Source of the DNA: the human T2T-CHM13v2.0 reference genome, Homo sapiens
Length of the DNA: 64,000 nucleotides
Assembly (NCBI RefSeq): GCF_009914755.1
Contig: NC_060934.1
Direction: 5' to 3' (one strand)
The position numbers were made by a program, and so were the translations under genes. Shown in pieces: positions 20,596 to 38,688 of this stretch. The notes under the pieces are model-generated. The model saw only the letters and a program-made list of their open reading frames with translations. It did not search any database and had not been told where the DNA came from. Every line of letters begins with the position of its first letter. The stretch's first letter is position 1.

Positions 20596-20944
20596 AGAGA
20601 CAGGGTCTTGCTATGTTGGCCAGGCCAGAGTGCAGTGGCTATTCGCAGGCACCATCCCACTACTAATCAGCATGGAAATTTTGACCTGCTCCATTTCCAA
20701 CCTGGGCCAATTCATCCCTCCCTAGCCAACCTGTTGGTCCTCGGCTCCAGGGAGTTCACCATATTGGTGATGAACTTAGTGTGGACACCCAATCAGCACA
20801 GCGCACTGCAGCCCAAAACTCCTGGCTGGGCTCAAGCGATCCTCTGGCCTCAGTCTCCGGAGTAGCTGGGACTACACATGTGTACCACCACACCTCAGCC
20901 TTCCAAGTAGCTGGGACTACAGGTGTGCACCACCATGCCTAGCC
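20596..20944 (-). pseudogene. 7SL (SRP RNA) processed pseudogene with a duplicated 5' segment
   Basis: The reverse complement contains the S domain absent from Alu (gggtgtccacactaagttcatcaccaatatggtgaactccc...gagcaggtcaaaatt...tagtagtgggat); A-rich tail; TSD-like acacc(tg)agtttcttg. Confidence 0.92.
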
Positions 20945-21455
20945 ACACCTGAGTTTCTTGGGAGGAGAGGATTGTCTGTGTCTGGAAGGAACATTGGAAA
21001 CTGTGGTGTCAGGAAATCTCAAAGAGTAAACTCATAGACTCAAAACATCCAGTTGGCTGAACTCCCCTCTGAGGAGAGATGGTGCTGGTGGCTTCGGTGG
21101 GGGATCTCTCTGTACTGAGAGTTGTGATGAATGGCGTGTGCAATTGGAGAACTGTAGCTGGGGCCAAGCTGAATTCCTCTATGTAATAGAGGGGAGGGGA
21201 TTTTTAGCTTCATTTTGGGGAGGGGCCAGATGCCAAGTTAAAGGGAGGAAAATAGGATCAAAAGAGCTGGGTACACCATGAGGGGGAGAAGAAAAGCCTC
21301 CTGTTTTTGTAGAGACTGGGAACTTAGCAAGGTAGGAGACAGCTATACACTGCATGCTCAGATTCCTCAAAAACTCAGGAAATTATTCATCATTTGCTAA
21401 TCCTGTTGGGCAAGTGGATTCTTCTGCTTTTGACATAGGAGTGCTTGTTCAATAA

Positions 21456-21774
<319 letters not shown>

Positions 21775-21912
21775 TGAGTTCCTGCAGCTACCAGTGTATT
21801 GAGGGAAGCCCAATCTAACCAGCATGAAAATATTCAGGAATGCACTGACCACACATAAAATCAGTCAGAGCTAGCTCATCTCTCCCCACTTTTATTCTAA
21901 AGTCATAGTTTA

Positions 21913-22531
<619 letters not shown>

Positions 22532-22642
22532 CACGTATTTTATATTACGTTTTATGTAGGCATTTTCTCCTTATCTAAAATTAAAGAAGCAGAACTGGTC
22601 CCCACCCACTGTTTTGTGGGTCTCCATTTTCCTGTTGCTTGA

Positions 22643-23003
<361 letters not shown>

Positions 23004-23009
23004 TACAAA

Positions 23010-23330
23010 GAGAATTTCAAATCTTGCAAAAGAAGTGAGATTTCACGAAAGTGTTGAAATTGATGTTTGGAGAACGGCTCAAAGAATCTGCAATGTCATT
23101 GACAAATGAGGATCTGGCAGAGTTAGACCAAGTCAGCAATAGAAGGAGAGAAAATTCCACAAGGATGATGTCATAGGTTGTTTCGAAGCATGTGATTTTA
23201 CCATAGGTATCAAAGAATTACAGAAGGCCCACAGAGAAAAGGATGAAACTCTCTGAGCAAAACATGACCCACTTTATGGATTCATTGTGAAAATTCAGCA
23301 AACAATCAAAGTGCAGCAAATGATGCTATA
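23010..23330 (+). mobile_element. Probable Tigger (pogo-like) transposase C-terminal fossil
   Basis: Frameshifted translation [10 protein letters not shown]...[12 protein letters not shown]...HDP resembles Tigger transposase tails. Confidence 0.45.
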
Positions 23331-23416
23331 GATCTATTCAGGATTCATTTCATTCATTCTAAGAATTAGTGCATGGATATGATTTTAACTTACATTGTGT
23401 TAAATAAAATTATTTT

Positions 23417-23451
23417 TGCACTTGTTCTTAGCCAAATGGCCGAGAAGCGAT
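23417..23451 (-). pseudogene. U2 snRNA 5' fragment (nt 1-35) retropseudogene
   Basis: Reverse complement atcgcttctcggccatttggctaagaacaagtgca vs U2 ATCGCTTCTCGGCCTTTTGGCTAAGATCAAGTGTA (3 mismatches); TSD a(a/c)attattttt. Confidence 0.88.
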
Positions 23452-23528
23452 ACATTATTTTTGTCCTTGTTAGTTTGATTTTTTAAGATCAAATTTGTGC
23501 CAAATCTTATTTACATACTACTTAATAT

Positions 23529-24702
<1,174 letters not shown>

Positions 24703-25224
24703 ATATAAAAATTTTAGTTTATTATAGGAAATTTAAAACACAAGTCAACATAGATAATTGTCTTTATAACTCCTATGTATCCATCACCAAGCTCAAACTA
24801 TTATTGACTTATGGCCAATTTTTGTAAGTGAAGTTTTTATTAAGAACATAAAATTATAAAGGTATACAAGAATGCATAAATCATAGTTGTATAGCTTGTA
24901 AATTTTCACAAATTAAAAAGTTTATTTAATCAGCACATAGATCAAAAGATACAATGTCACAGCACCCTGGAGGATTCTCTCTGCCCACTTCTAGTCAATA
25001 TCCCTCCCAAAGTAAGGACCTTCCTTTTAACACCATGGACCAGGGGCACAAGGCCAATCTTATCACCTCCTCCATGCTTGCCAATCTGGCCCCTCTCCCC
25101 GCTGCTTCTGACTCTGCATCCTGTCATTTTGCCTGAAAATATTTCAGTTTAAAATTAAACTTAAATATTTAAAAATAAATATTAAATATTTAATCTTAAA
25201 TATTTAAGTTTAAAAAATACTTAA

Positions 25225-25448
25225 GGCCAGGAGTTCAAGATCAGCCTGGGCAATATAGTGAGACCCCCGTCTCTACAAAAACAAAAAAAAATTAGCTTGG
25301 AGTGGTGGCTGTCAGCTGTAGTCCTAGCTACTTAGGAAGCTAAGGCAGAAGGATCACCTAAGCCCAGGAGTTCGAGGCTGCAGTGAGCTATGATTTTGCC
25401 ACTGTGCTCTGGCCTGGGCGACAGAGTGAGACCCAGTCTCAAAAAAAG
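25225..25448 (+). mobile_element. 5'-truncated AluJ
   Basis: ggccaggagttcaagatcagcc...gagttcgaggctgcagtgagctatg. Confidence 0.85.
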
Positions 25449-25598
25449 ACCCTTTAAAAATAATAGTAATACCACAGTCACATTTTAAAAATTAACTGTA
25501 ATATTAATAATTGCATGTGTCAGCAAATAACTTGAATGTTTATGTATTTCCCTGGGTTTCTTATAATTTAAAGTTTTACAGTTTGAATCATTACCTAA

Positions 25599-26131
<533 letters not shown>

Positions 26132-26808
26132 TAGGGTTATTTATCACATCTTTTCTCTCCTACGTGTATTCTGTAAATCAGTAGGTAGATCCAGGATTTT
26201 GATTAGATTCAGGTTCAGTTTTTTTAGCAAAAACTTCCCCTGGTGGCGTGGGGTCTTTCCATTGCACACTGCTTGGTTGTCTCTCTTTTGTGACTTCAGA
26301 AGCCATTGATAGTCATTGCTTCAATCCATTAAGTCATAGGGATTTGCAAAATGATGTTATTCTATCATTTCTTCTTCATTTATTAGTCAAAATACTTCTA
26401 AAAAGAAACTTTCCCTCATCAACTATTTGGCTACCCTGAGGGACAGTTTACATAGAAAATGCAGAATAAATGCATGATTCGTTTTCTTTATTTACAGTTA
26501 AAGAAAAATGAGTCCTCAAGAGGTGAGTATCATTGTGAACTTTTGCAGCTAGAGATCTCTGAACTGATATTTCTAAAGTCCCTGTGAGTCTGAAGGTTTG
26601 AATCCCAAAGCTGGGCTTCATTGGCCTCACCTGGAAAAGGAAGACAGTACCTGGCAGAGAATCTAATAGGGAAATGTTGGTTGAATACAGATTTCGTTTG
26701 AAAGAATGCAATGATTTACTGGGCATGGACGATGTGCTTTCCTCTTTTGTGTATTTCTCTCAAAAACATCGTGATGATATGAGCTCTGATCCGCCCCCCC
26801 ACCCCCCC

Positions 26809-27102
26809 CTTTTTTTTTTTTTTTGAGATGGAGTCTCGCTCTGTGGCCCAGGCTGGATTGCAATGGGTGATCTTGGCTCACTGCAACCTCTGCCTCCCGG
26901 GTTCAAGTGATTCTCCTGCCTCAGCCTCCTGAGTAGCTGGGACTACAGGCACGTGCCACCACGCTCAGCTAATTTTTGTTTTTTAGGAGAGACAGGGTTT
27001 CATCATGTTGACCAGGATGGTCTAGATCTCCTGACCTCGTGAACCACCCATCTCAGCCTCCCAAAACCCTGCGATTACAGGCATGAACCACTGCACCCGG
27101 CC
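26809..27102 (-). mobile_element. AluSc-like, adjoining a MIR (about 27110-27210)
   Basis: caggatggtctagatctcctgacctcgtga diagnostics. Confidence 0.88.
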
Positions 27103-27289
27103 GATCCCTTTTTATAGACGAAAACGATGATTAGAGAGGCCTGGTAGCTTGTCTAGATCACACGGCTGCACAGAACCCGAGCCAGGCTTCACATCCCAGC
27201 TGTGTGACTTACAGACCAAGGTGGGTGCGGATGTCCCATGCTCATAGCTACCATGTTGGGTGGGCTCTCTGGAGCACCTGAGCCCTGCT

Positions 27290-27495
27290 AGCTCCATAGA
27301 ATATCTAGAACTGCCTTGGAGGACTTACTCCCCTACCATACAGGGTTCCTCTTCACCGTGATTATTTCTCACCTGTGCTACCACAGTATCCCCTTGACAG
27401 GTCTCCCTGCCTTCCCTCCCAGTCCTCTCCGTAGTCTGTTTTCAGCATGGCGGGCGGAGCGAAGCTTGCAGAGTGCACGTCCCGGGACCACACCC
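27290..27495 (+). mobile_element. L2 fragment
   Basis: tctcacctgtgctaccacagtatccccttgacaggtctccctgccttcc. Confidence 0.55.
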
Positions 27496-28250
27496 TCCCA
27501 ACTGCCACTGAGGGAATGTGGTCAAAATAATCTTAGAATAAATTATACCCAGATTTTGCCTAGTAGAAAATATTGATTCAGATGATGGGAGCCCCTTTAT
27601 CTCAAGGGTGCTAAGGAGAATTATGGAAGGTTTACACATCAGATGGGATTACCACACTCCTTGGCATCCCCCTTCCTCTGGAAAAGTAGAAAGAATGAAT
27701 CAGACTCTCAAAAAGCATATTACTAAACTAATCTTAGAAACTAAAATGCCTTGGACCAAATGGATCCCAATAGCACTCCTTAGGATTAGGACGGCCCCAA
27801 GGAAAGACTTGGGATTTTTTCCTTACGAGCTATTATATGGACTCCCGTATTTAGGTAGGACTACTGGCCTTTCTACTATGGAAACCAAAGACCAATTTTT
27901 AAGAAATTATATACTGAGCATATCCTCCTCCCTGTCATCCCTGAGGTTCAAAGGACTCCTGACTCAAACCCTGCCTCTTGAGTTCATGGTTAACCACTTC
28001 CAGCCTGGCAACTCAGTGCTGATTAAGACTTGGAAAGAAGACAAGCTCCACCCAAGCTGGGGAGGTCCTATCGGGTGCTCCTAATCACTGACACAGCCTA
28101 CGAACAGCTGAACAGGTGTGAACACATTACACTCAGGTCAAGAGACTGGTAAAAGAACTCCCGTAAGGAAGGGAAAAGGGTGAATGGGAAGTGTATAGAT
28201 CACCTAAGGAACCCTTAAAATTAACTCTAAGGAAAACCTGGAAGGAAGCT
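27496..28250 (+). pseudogene. pol: Retroviral integrase (pol 3' end), disabled
   Basis: IIPRFCLVENIDSDDGSPF...HTPWHPPSSGKVERMNQTLK (last D and E of the DD35E triad); ALLRIRTAP; PYELLYG; frameshifted W-GPY motif; in-frame stops. Confidence 0.92.
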
Positions 28251-30148
28251 ATGAGCAGGCTCCATCACTGGGGGTGGATGTGGTTAGGATTAATCCTACT
28301 ACCAGGGGTGAGAGGGTACACAATTATTGGATGGAGCCCGGTAGAAGAATATCCAATCAAACTAGTAGTCAACATAACTAGAACCTCCACCCCCTAGACC
28401 ATAAAGTTTGATGCCTCCTAAATCGTACATTGTGGGAATTTAGGGAACCAAAGGCAGCTGTCACAAGCAAACAAACATCTATGTCCTGAAACAGGTCGCT
28501 ATTGGGGAAAGCCCTGCGCTAGCTGGAATGAGGTCTGGTGGACCACCCAATTTCGAGGCTGAGCCATTCTTCCAAAAACAAACCCTTAAGAAGAAAATAC
28601 GTTTGTATAGGGGCCCCCTGTCACCTGACTGTAGAAATGTAGAATGCAATCCTATATTAATTACCATAAACAACCCAGCTACTCTAGACCAGGAACCTTA
28701 GAAGTATGGGTCAGGAATAGATACCTCAGGAAGGGATCCAATAGGATGGTTAGCTCTTAGGCTAGTCACCAACTCTACTCTGAGCCCACCCAGGATTACT
28801 ATAACTCCCAGTCCCACTACTTCCTTTAACCAGACAATGACCCTAAGAGAGTAAAAATAATTAAGGTAACTGACTTGAGGCAGACTTTAGAAATTGAGAC
28901 TGGATATGGGAATGTAAATGCCTGGGTTGAATGGGTCAGATTTTTGGTACTAGCTCTTCATAAGAGTGACTGTTCCGCATGCTCTGCTGGGCAGCCTCAG
29001 GCACAGGTGGTTCCATTTGCCCCAGGATGGGATACCAATCCCGATGGAATGTGTTGCATGTTGGCTCTATACCAGGAAAGGGATGCATAGGGAAATGAGA
29101 CTTGCAAAATCTATCATTGCTCTTTACTGCCTTGTGGAGGTCAGACCCTAGAGCAATCCCCTCATTCTCCATAGGGTATATGAACCACTCCTCTTGCCTC
29201 TCTAGGCAGGGGGCAGAGTTCGATAAGCCTGTGGGAGAACCCTCGACTTGTACCCACATCCTAAACATTACTGGTGAGTCAAACAAAGGCAACTGCTCAG
29301 CTCTTCATATACCCCGGGCTGATGTCTGGTGGTATTGTGGAAAGAGGGACCTCCATGACCTATTACCATCCAACTGGATCTGCACTTGTGCCTTAGTTCA
29401 ACTGGCCATTCCATTCATCCTGGCATTCTGTAAGATTCCCAAGAATCCACATGGCCACTGAAGTCGGAGAGACCTAACAAATTATTTTGATCCCAACGTT
29501 TGTATTGACTCAACAGGAGTTCCTAGAGGAGTACCTGATGAATTTAAGACCCGAAACCAAATAGCTGTTGGGTTTGAATCAGCACTCTTCTGGTGGTCAA
29601 CTACTAATAAAAATGTGGATTGGATTAATTACATCTATTATAATCAACAAAGATTCATCAGCTATACTCGATACACTCTCAAGGGAGTGGCTAACCAGTT
29701 AGATGCCACCAGCCAAATGGCCTGGGAGAACAGACTTGCACTGCATAAGATCTTAGCAGAGAAAGGGGGCGTATGCATCATGCTGGATGGAAAGTGTTGC
29801 ACTTTAATTCCTAACAATACTACCCCAGATGGAACCATCACAAATGCATTACAAGGGTTAATTGTTCTAGTCAATGAATTGGTGGAAAATGTTGGAATTG
29901 ATGACCCATTTACTGATTGGCTAGAAAGTTGGTTCAGGAAATGGAAAGGAATGGCAGCCTCCATTCTAACATCCCCTGCAATAGTGGCTGGAGTCCTAAC
30001 AGCTGTAGGCCATTGCACTATCCCCTGTGTTAGAGGGTTAACCCCCAAATTAATGGAAACAGCCATCAACAAACAAATGCCCATAACATGTCAACTATTA
30101 TTAGAAACTAAATCAGTTCTACTCTCTTATGATGAAGAGAGTCAATAG
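28251..30148 (+). pseudogene. env: Gamma-type envelope (PABL_B/HERV-R(b)/PRIMA-like), disabled in SU, TM open
   Basis: Signal peptide MSRLHHWGWMWLGLILLPGVRG; CSAC; furin site *SRR; KNVDWINYIYYNQQRF; ISD WENRLALHKILAEKGGV; CX6CC (CIMLDGKCC); hydrophobic TM; stops at 28395, 29088 and 29459 among others, plus frameshifts. Confidence 0.92.
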
Positions 30149-30234
30149 CTCTTGAAATGATTTGAGGAGCAAAGGACACAAAAATAAATCTGGAATTGGG
30201 ACCAATAGGAGTAAAAAGAAAAAGAGGAGGGAGT

Positions 30235-30922
30235 TGAGGAAATAATGCACATCCTTTTCCAAGGCAAAGTGCCTTGAATTGGCATCGAGGCATTCCAGAT
30301 AGGCCAAGGAAATGCTGTGGGAAGAAAGTTAGATTTACACCTAATATAATAGTGAAAATGATAGTGAAATATATAATAGTGAAGTGAATTATGAAGCAAC
30401 AAACTACGGAAGAAACGGGGCATACTAGGACCCCTGCTTGGATAGCCGACACCTGCTTGTCCTCCCCACCCTTAGCTGCCCTCACCTAAACCAAGAAGTT
30501 TAGTCTAAGATGAAAGTTTACTAGCCTGCAAAATAGCTTGCTTCATCTGTTCTTATCAGCCTGCCCAGCTACTTAGGTCATAAGTCAAATACTTGGAGAG
30601 CCCCAGAGCTAATTAAGATTGCAACGTATTATGGGCTGCAACAAAATGCAGCAGGACAACCCTGAAGAAAACACCTACAACCCCTACCCAACAACCAATA
30701 GGCGACATCTGGGAAGACTGTGACCCCATGATACTCAGCCTATAAGGAACTGGGGGAGGGACCTGTGCACTAGGGGATAAATTGCTTGTTGCAATTGTGC
30801 TAAGTGTACCTGCCCATCAGATACCCAGTCTTGCAAGACTGTCGTTAAAAATCTCACTTTTGCTGTTCTCCAGGTCTCTGAGTTCGTTCTTTGGGTTTGG
30901 AGGGGTGAATTTGTTTCTCACT
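30235..30922 (+). mobile_element. 3' LTR (MER66-like)
   Basis: Follows the PPT; ccaat at about 30695, gataaa at about 30776; ends ttgtttctcact; family assigned from memory. Confidence 0.75.
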
Positions 30923-31879
30923 ATTAGGTGTTCCATTCTTTATCTGTGCTACATGCCTTGTTGAATTTCTATATAGTTGTTATATAGTTGGTGTAATTTT
31001 ATGTTGCTTTTAAAAAATTTATGCTGTTACCATTCCATTTGTTTAATAATAGCTATACGGAGCTATAATTCACATACCATTTAATTCACCTATTTTGAGT
31101 ACAATTCAATGATTTTAGTATGTTCACAGAGTTGTGCAACCATCACCACAATCAATTTTAGAACATTTTCATCATTCCAAAAGAAACCCTGTATGTACTT
31201 ATAGTCTTTTCCCCACTTTCCCCCAATTCCCTCAACCTTAGGCAACCACAAATCTACTTTCTGTCTCTACAGATTTGTTTATTCTGGACATTTACAAATG
31301 GAATCATATGATATATGGCCTTTTGTGTCTGGCTTCTTTCACTTAGCATAATTTTTTAGGGTTCATTGATATCGCAGCATCTATTAGTACTTCATTTCTT
31401 TTTATTGTTGAACAGTCCATTGTACAAGTACACTGCATTTCATTTATCAGTTGATGGACATTTGGGTTGTTTGCACTTTGTGCTATTGTGAATAATGCTG
31501 TTCTGAACATTTGTTTATATATTTTTATATGAACATGTGCTTTCATTGCTCTTGGGTACATATCTTGCAGTGGAATTGCTGGTGATAGGGTGTCTCTATG
31601 TTTAAACTTTTGAGGAATTAGCAGACTGGTTTCCAGTAACATTTTGTTTCTGCCAGCAGTTATGAGGGTTCCATCTTCGGCACATTCTTGTCAATAATTG
31701 TTGAAATCTGTCATTTTGATAATAGCCATCCTAACGGGTATGAAGTGGCAAGGTTTTGATTAACATTTTCCTGATGGATAACAATATTGAGTACTTTTTC
31801 ATGTGCTCATGGGCCATTTGTTTATCTTTGAAAAACGTCTGTTTAGATCTTTCGTCCATTGAGTTGTCATTTTATTTGA

Positions 31880-32143
31880 TTTTTTTTGAGACAGGGTCTT
31901 GCTCTATTGCTCAGGCTGGAGTGAAGTGGCATGACCACAGTTCACTAGAGCCTCAACCGCCCAGGCTCAAGTGATCCTCCCACCTCAGCCTCTCAAGTAT
32001 CTGGGACTACAGGTATGCGTCACCACACCTGACTAATTAAAAATTTTTTTTTTTGTAGAGACAAGGTCTTACCATGTTGCCCAGGCAGATCTCAAATTCC
32101 TGGGCACAAGCGATCCTCTTGCTTCAGCCTCCCACAGTGCTGG
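31880..32143 (-). mobile_element. AluJ (5'-truncated)
   Basis: Dimer missing about 30 nt at the 5' end. Confidence 0.88.
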
Positions 32144-32425
32144 GGGTTGTGGTTTTACAATTGAGTTGTGTGAGTTCTTTATGTACTCTAGATTCCAGTC
32201 CCTTAACAGATATAAGATTTGCAAATATTCTCTCCCATTCTCTGGGTTGTCCTATCACTTTCTTGGTGGTGTTCTTGAAAGCACAAAAGTTTTTAATTTT
32301 GATGTCTAATTTGTCTATTGTTTTGTTTGTTTGCTTGTAGTTTTGGTGTCATGTCCTAGAAATTATTGCTTAACACAAAGTCATGAAGACTACCGTGTTT
32401 TCTTCTAAGAGTTTTATCATTTTAG

Positions 32426-33115
<690 letters not shown>

Positions 33116-33602
33116 GCCATTTCATTCTTTTGCACGTGGATTATCAATTGTCTCAGCACCATTTGGTAAAAAGAGTATTTTCCCCCATGGAATAGTTTTG
33201 ACATCTTTGTTGAAAATCAGGTGACCATAAACGTATGGGTTATTTCTGGACTCTTATTTCCATTCCATTCATCTATATGTCTCTCTTTATTCCAGTATAA
33301 CACTGTCTTGATTACTGTAACTTTGTAGTAAATTTTAAAATTGGGAAGTGTAAATTTTCTAAGTTTGTTCTTCCTTCTCAAGATTGTTCTGGCTATTTTG
33401 AGCTCCTTGCATTTCTTTCTATGTGAATTTTCAGATCATCGTCTCCATTTCTGCAAAAACACAGCTGAGGACCGCATTGAATCTCTATATGAATATGGGC
33501 AGTATTGCCCTCCTAGCAACAGGAAATCTTCTGAAGCACAAACATGGGGTGTTAGTCCATTTATTTAGGTTTTCTTTAATTTCTTTCAATGATATTTTAT
33601 AG

Positions 33603-33790
<188 letters not shown>

Positions 33791-33814
33791 ATTTCCAGTA
33801 TTTAAGAATATTTT

Positions 33815-34110
33815 GGCTGGGCAGGTGGCCCACAACTGTAATCCCAGCACTTCGGGAGGCTGAGGTAGGAGGATCACTTGAACTCAGGAGTTTGAGACCA
33901 GCCTGGGCAACATGGGAAAACTCCATCTCTACCAAAAAATACAAAAATTAGCTGGGTGTGGTTGTGCATGCCTGTCGTTCTAGCTACTTGGGAGGCTGAG
34001 GTGGAAGGATGGCTTAAGCCCAGGACATCAAGGCTGCAGTAGGTCACGATGACACCACTGCATCCCAGCTTGGGAGACAGAAGGAGATCCTGTCTCAGAA
34101 ACAAAATAAT
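33815..34110 (+). mobile_element. AluJ
   Basis: Full dimer with J diagnostics. Confidence 0.9.
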
Positions 34111-34180
34111 TTTATTTAATAAAATATTCTTAAATAGTTTACTCTTTGTGATGTTATTGTAATTGGGAGCTGCTGTTTAA

Positions 34181-35922
<1,742 letters not shown>

Positions 35923-36253
35923 GGAGCTGTCTTTTAAATGCAGTTTTTGAATTTGTCATTGTAAATGTATGAAAGCACAATTGGTTTTGTATATTGATCC
36001 TGTATCCTGACCATTTCGTTTTTACATGTAGTCTTCATATTTATAATTTTGATGGTTGAATACAATTCCATCAAATAATATCCCATACTTTACTTAGCTT
36101 CTGTAATTGTTGGATTTATATGTTGTTTACAGTTCTTGAATATTAATACTTCTGCTGAAAATAGTTTTGTATATTTGACTATTATCTTTGTAATTATTTC
36201 CTTATACTAAATTGGTATGTGTAAAAGGAATAAACATTTTGTATGGTTCAGTG

Positions 36254-36574
36254 GTTTTTTTTGTTTGGTTTTTGTTTTTTGTTTTTTTGAGATGAAGTCT
36301 TACTCTGTTGCCTAGGCTGCAATGCAGTGGTATGATCTCGGCTCACTGCAACCTCTGCCTCCCAGATTAAGTGATTCTTGTGCCTCAGCCTCCTGAGTAC
36401 CTGGGATTACAGGAGTATGTCACCATGCCCAGCTAATTTTTTGTATTTTTTAGTAGAGACAAGATTTCACCATCTTAGCCAGGCTGGTCTTGAACTCCTG
36501 ATCTCAGGTGATCCACCCACCTCAGCCTCCCAAAGGGCTGGGATTACAGGTGTGAGCCCCTGTGCCTCGCCTGG
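36254..36574 (-). mobile_element. AluS
   Basis: Full dimer; TSD-like ttcagtg..ttttt. Confidence 0.9.
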
Positions 36575-36789
36575 TTCAGTGTTTTTATTGACAGATTGAC
36601 TTTCAACAGTATGTGTCAATATGCAAAGCCTGAAGCAGATGCATGCGTATACTTATCATCCACTGCTTATCCATCATTCTATCAGCCTACCATGGTGGAG
36701 TTGGTTTTGAGGTGAGCAAAATATATAAGGAAGTTAAAAGTAATGGACCACAATTTTGCAAATAGACATTCTACTTTGTGATGGGCCAC

Positions 36790-37454
<665 letters not shown>

Positions 37455-37736
37455 GCCACTTTGACATTCTCTAACTGCTGCTAGTGATTCTCGTGTGGAC
37501 ATAAACAAGAGTAGTTACTTGGTAAGAAAGGTGGGGATAAATTTGGGAATCGTCATCACTATCACCACAGCCAGAAACACATCTGGGAGCACATGCCCTA
37601 CTCTTGGTAGACTGGTACCATCCTCTGTGTTTGTTAGACAAATGCATCCTCATCCTCATCCTCATCATTATCATCAGCACCAAAACTGGTATTGACTGGG
37701 CACTCACTACATGCAGAGAGTATGCCATGTCCTCAG

Positions 37737-38097
37737 CGTGGAGTCCTGATAAGATAGGTAAGCAACAATGAGGAAGGCGTCCCAGGTAGGAGAGAACAAT
37801 CGTTCCAAGAGATGGCTAATCACTGACAACCCAAATCCTGTTCCCAAATACCTTACTCCACATGTAGCCTCAGCAGCACAACCTCATCTGCACATAGCGT
37901 GTCCAGCACAACCTTATAAAACTTCCCCCAGTCACTGACTCTTTGTAGACAGCCTCTTTTCTGCTGTGCTGCCCATTGTACCCATGAAACGTATCCTCAT
38001 ACTTTCTCTAATTTATCTGCCTTTCTTTACTTACAACTGTCTTGGTAAATTTCTTTGCTGCCCATGAAACTGTCCCCAGCCAGTCATACCCACAACA
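37737..38097 (+). mobile_element. Solo ERV LTR (MER83-related), inserted in a MIR
   Basis: gtggagtcctgataag...tataaaac...tctgcctttctttacttacaactgtcttggtaaat...caaca; 3' end shared with the LTR at 57717. Confidence 0.65.
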
Positions 38098-38290
38098 TAC
38101 AACATCTCCTTAACTCCTCTCACAATCCGCTGAGGTAGGTAGTATTATGATTCCCATTTAATAGGTGAGTTAACTGAGTCTTTGAGAGATTAAATAAACT
38201 CTTCAAGGGCTGTCCAGTAGTACGTATTAGAGCCAAGAGTTGAATGTGGGTTTGTGTGGCCAGAGTCCACGCACTAAAACACTGTACTGC
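38098..38290 (-). mobile_element. MIR
   Basis: gaggtaggtagtattatgattcccatttaataggtgagttaactgag. Confidence 0.7.
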
Positions 38291-38369
38291 CTTATTGTTA
38301 CATATATGATGAAGAGAGGGGCTGCAGTTTGCTGAGTCGATAGTTTTGTAAAGATACCAACGTGGTAAA

Positions 38370-38688
<319 letters not shown>

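Larger units (their letters stand above)
27496..30922 (+). mobile_element. 5'-deleted class I ERV provirus (pol 3' end, env, PPT, 3' LTR)
   Basis: Integrase and env homology; polypurine tract 30213-30233 immediately before an LTR starting tgagga at 30235. Confidence 0.92.

Noticed and set aside
20596-20944. Functional 7SL gene
   Set aside because: Many CpG-type substitutions, an A-tail and a TSD mark it as a processed copy.
29088-29090. APOBEC3 hypermutation (probable TGG to TAG)
   Set aside because: It is a single instance. Other stops look like C-to-T changes and many TGG codons are intact.
28251-30148. Functional syncytin-like gene
   Set aside because: Stops begin at 28395, SU has frameshifts, the furin site is destroyed and there is no 5' LTR promoter.
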